Source: Bugula neritina | Taxonomy: Eukaryota > Animalia > Bryozoa | Direction of reading: 5' to 3' | DNA length: 11,036 nt | NCBI GenBank assembly: GCA_964035545.1 | Contig: CAXIUT010000089.1 | Span: forward strand, 1-11,036 | Shown here: positions 9,169 through 11,036 of the stretch, piece by piece | Layout of the letters: every line of letters starts with the position of its first letter | Position numbering within the stretch: the stretch's first letter is position 1 | Notes under the pieces: model-generated | Database searches by the model: none | What the model was told of the DNA's origin: nothing | What the model saw: the letters and a program-made list of their open reading frames with translations, nothing else | Made by a program: the position numbers and the translations under genes

Positions 9169-10362
9169 ATGAATAAAATAAATATTTCAAAAATATAAAT
9201 TCCTTTCCAATAAGAGTAAGTTATATACTAAGTATTTCCTAGTCTAGATAAAACAGTTAATATATATTTTAAAGGCAAAAACAATCAAATATTTTTTGCT
9301 CGAATGTAGTAAAAAGGCGTTCGAATAGTATATAAATTAAATTAAACTTAATGCTATAATATTTCAGATGGCCTTATTCTGTGGGTTTCTTAATTTTAAA
9401 TTAAAGTTTTAAACACAAAAAAATAATTTTAAAAAGTAATTAAACCTTCCTTTTGGTTTTGAAAGAACAGTTTTTAAAGCTTGTACCTTCTCTAATTCAA
9501 AAACTACTTGGTCTTCATCTGTATAATGAGATAAATCAGACTATTAGACTGGCTTATTATTCTTTATAAAACAATAGAAACAGATAGTAACTGTGTTGCC
9601 TATTATGAATCGAAAGAAAGAGATTTTAAAACTAACTTTAAATAACTAAAAAGCTTTATATAAAGTCAATGAACACTCTAAATTTGGATGGTTTCAAAGC
9701 AATTAAATAACATATAAGTCAGCATGGAATAAACTAATTTTATCTTTCTACTAACTTGACAACTAATTCAAAGGAAAAGAAAGTTGTATTATCACGATCA
9801 ACTCTATTCTTGATGTACATGAAATTAAGCCATTCAAATCAATACAGGTTAGATAAATTTATGAGTTTGCTGTTAATAGATACTATGTTGAGCTATTTTT
9901 TGATTTACGGTAAGAAGGAGAATCAACTTTAACCCTTGAAATAGACGCTAAATAATCTAGTGGAACTCTTTCAACTATTAGTCAGAAATAAAAATTTGAG
10001 TTGATACCTAAATATAGATCAATTAAGTATTTAAATCAACTCACAGGCAACTTAGAAAAATCTAGATAGAATAAATAGAATCAAATCAGATAAGTTCAAT
10101 TTTGAATATACTTAAGAATAAAAACATTTATAAGAGACCTTAAGATGTTAAGTACATAGTTTCACCTTGGAATTAAAAAATAGTAACAAAAATGTAAATT
10201 ATTGATTTCAAAGCAATAACCAAGAGTAAAAAAGCAATTATTGAGGTATTTTAGCTAATTGATATGAAAGATATATACATACAAATGCTTCTTTCTCTGA
10301 ATTAAAATTTCGATGATGATCTACTTCAAGATGCCCTTGACTTGCTTATTCAAGAGGAATGA
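9169..10362 (+). CDS. Hypothetical beta-strand-rich protein (~380 aa) with two tiny introns and one unexplained in-frame TGA
   Basis: ATG 9169 (MNKINISKIXIPFQ...SLDKTVNIYFKG...DGLILWVS); introns 9521-9539 and 10027-10046 link the frames to ...NFDDDLLQDALDLLIQEE* (TGA 10360-10362). TGA at 9460-9462 needs a third intron, an error or pseudogenisation. The 3' part (from ~9540) is better supported than the start. Confidence 0.6.
9521..9539 (+). other. 19-nt intron candidate
   Basis: GTATAATGAGATAAATCAG contains the TGA that closes the downstream frame. Removal gives FKNYLVFIY-YXTGLLFFIK. Confidence 0.6.
10027..10046 (+). other. 20-nt intron
   Basis: GTATTTAAATCAACTCACAG. Removal shifts into the frame running ~105 codons to TGA 10362. 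Confidence 0.75.
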
Positions 10363-10901
10363 TCAAATATATAATATATTTTACTTATTTTATAATACTA
10401 TACCTAAATAATATCTTAAGTAGCTGTAATTTTCTTACATTGTTTACTTAACTCAATAAATTTGAAATTATTTCGATTGTTAACTATAATTAATTCAAAA
10501 ACAATCACCGGCTTGATGGAATCATAAATAGTTAATCAGATAAAAATATTTATTTACTATCAAAATAAAAATATGTATTTCATAAGAATATATTTACTAC
10601 AATTGATAAAATTATATTTTCTTATTATTAGTTGAAATTATTGATATTTTATCTCCTATCTTATCCTTATCAATAATTAATAATTATGACATCTTGTTTC
10701 AGCTACTTCACTAAAGTGTTAGGACTCTTGATCTCTTCCTACTCGTAAATTTATTCACTTTGATTGAGATAGCGGAGATACTACTTCTTCTGGAGGAGAT
10801 TTATAGCTATATTGATGTGAATAATTATAAAGATTTAATGATATTTTTGATATGTAACAATAATAAGTTGATAATAATAGTTTTCGAATCTAACATAACC
10901 A

Positions 10902-11036
10902 ATGATATCAACTCTAACAACCCTCACCATGTCCTTCACTCGAGTCCCCATGATCAAATTCCTAGGTCCTCGCCATCTCCTCAAACATGTTCCAACTCCC
11001 CAACCATCCAACTCCAATCAAGTCAAAATGAATCTC
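10902..11036 (+). CDS. KGD4: 5' part of a Kgd4/Ymr31/MRPS36-like mitochondrial protein (2-oxoglutarate dehydrogenase adaptor), truncated by the window end
   Basis: MISTLTTLTMSFTRVPMIKFLGPRHLLKHVPTPQPSNSNQVKMNL. An acid-free Ser/Thr-rich presequence-like start is followed by PMIKFLGPRH, matching the family N-terminal P(L/M)IKFxGxR motif, then a Pro/Ser linker. Confidence 0.7.
   Translation, partial: MISTLTTLTMSFTRVPMIKFLGPRHLLKHVPTPQPSNSNQVKMNL

Noticed and set aside
10776-10784. GTAGTATCT on the minus strand resembling the U2 snRNA branch-recognition sequence
   Set aside because: The flanking conserved U2 5' stem and Sm-site context are absent.
10835-11017. ORF-track minus-strand 60 aa ORF
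   Set aside because: Antisense to the Kgd4-like ORF, which has a recognisable motif and a proper ATG.

Overview
AT-rich ciliate macronuclear DNA, not prokaryotic. The window opens with a (CCCCAA)n telomere (1-161) and has a (GGGGTT)n tract at 7696-7782, so 1-7782 reads as a complete ~7.8 kb telomere-to-telomere, multi-gene mini-chromosome. After it, ~3.3 kb of similar-looking ciliate DNA is joined on directly (probable chimeric join, or a genuine interstitial telomere). The supplied standard-code ORF track is misleading: TAA/TAG are sense codons and only TGA stops. Re-translation by hand gives a hypothetical protein (287-991), a condensin kleisin CAP-H/Barren (1067-3046, minus), a coiled-coil protein with an alpha-adaptin appendage-like C-terminus (3204-4897), a small C2-like protein (5699-6103, minus), a cNMP-binding-domain protein (6628-7659), a beta-rich unknown gene (9169-10362) and the 5' part of a Kgd4/Ymr31/MRPS36-like gene (10902-end). 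Genes carry very small 19-21 nt GTA...AG introns. TAG/TAA fall at positions where the domain consensus expects Glu, which favours TAR=Glu (peritrich-type, table 30) over TAR=Gln; this is an inference. In peptides below, X = TAA/TAG codon. Family assignments rest on remembered consensus motifs, not on database searches.
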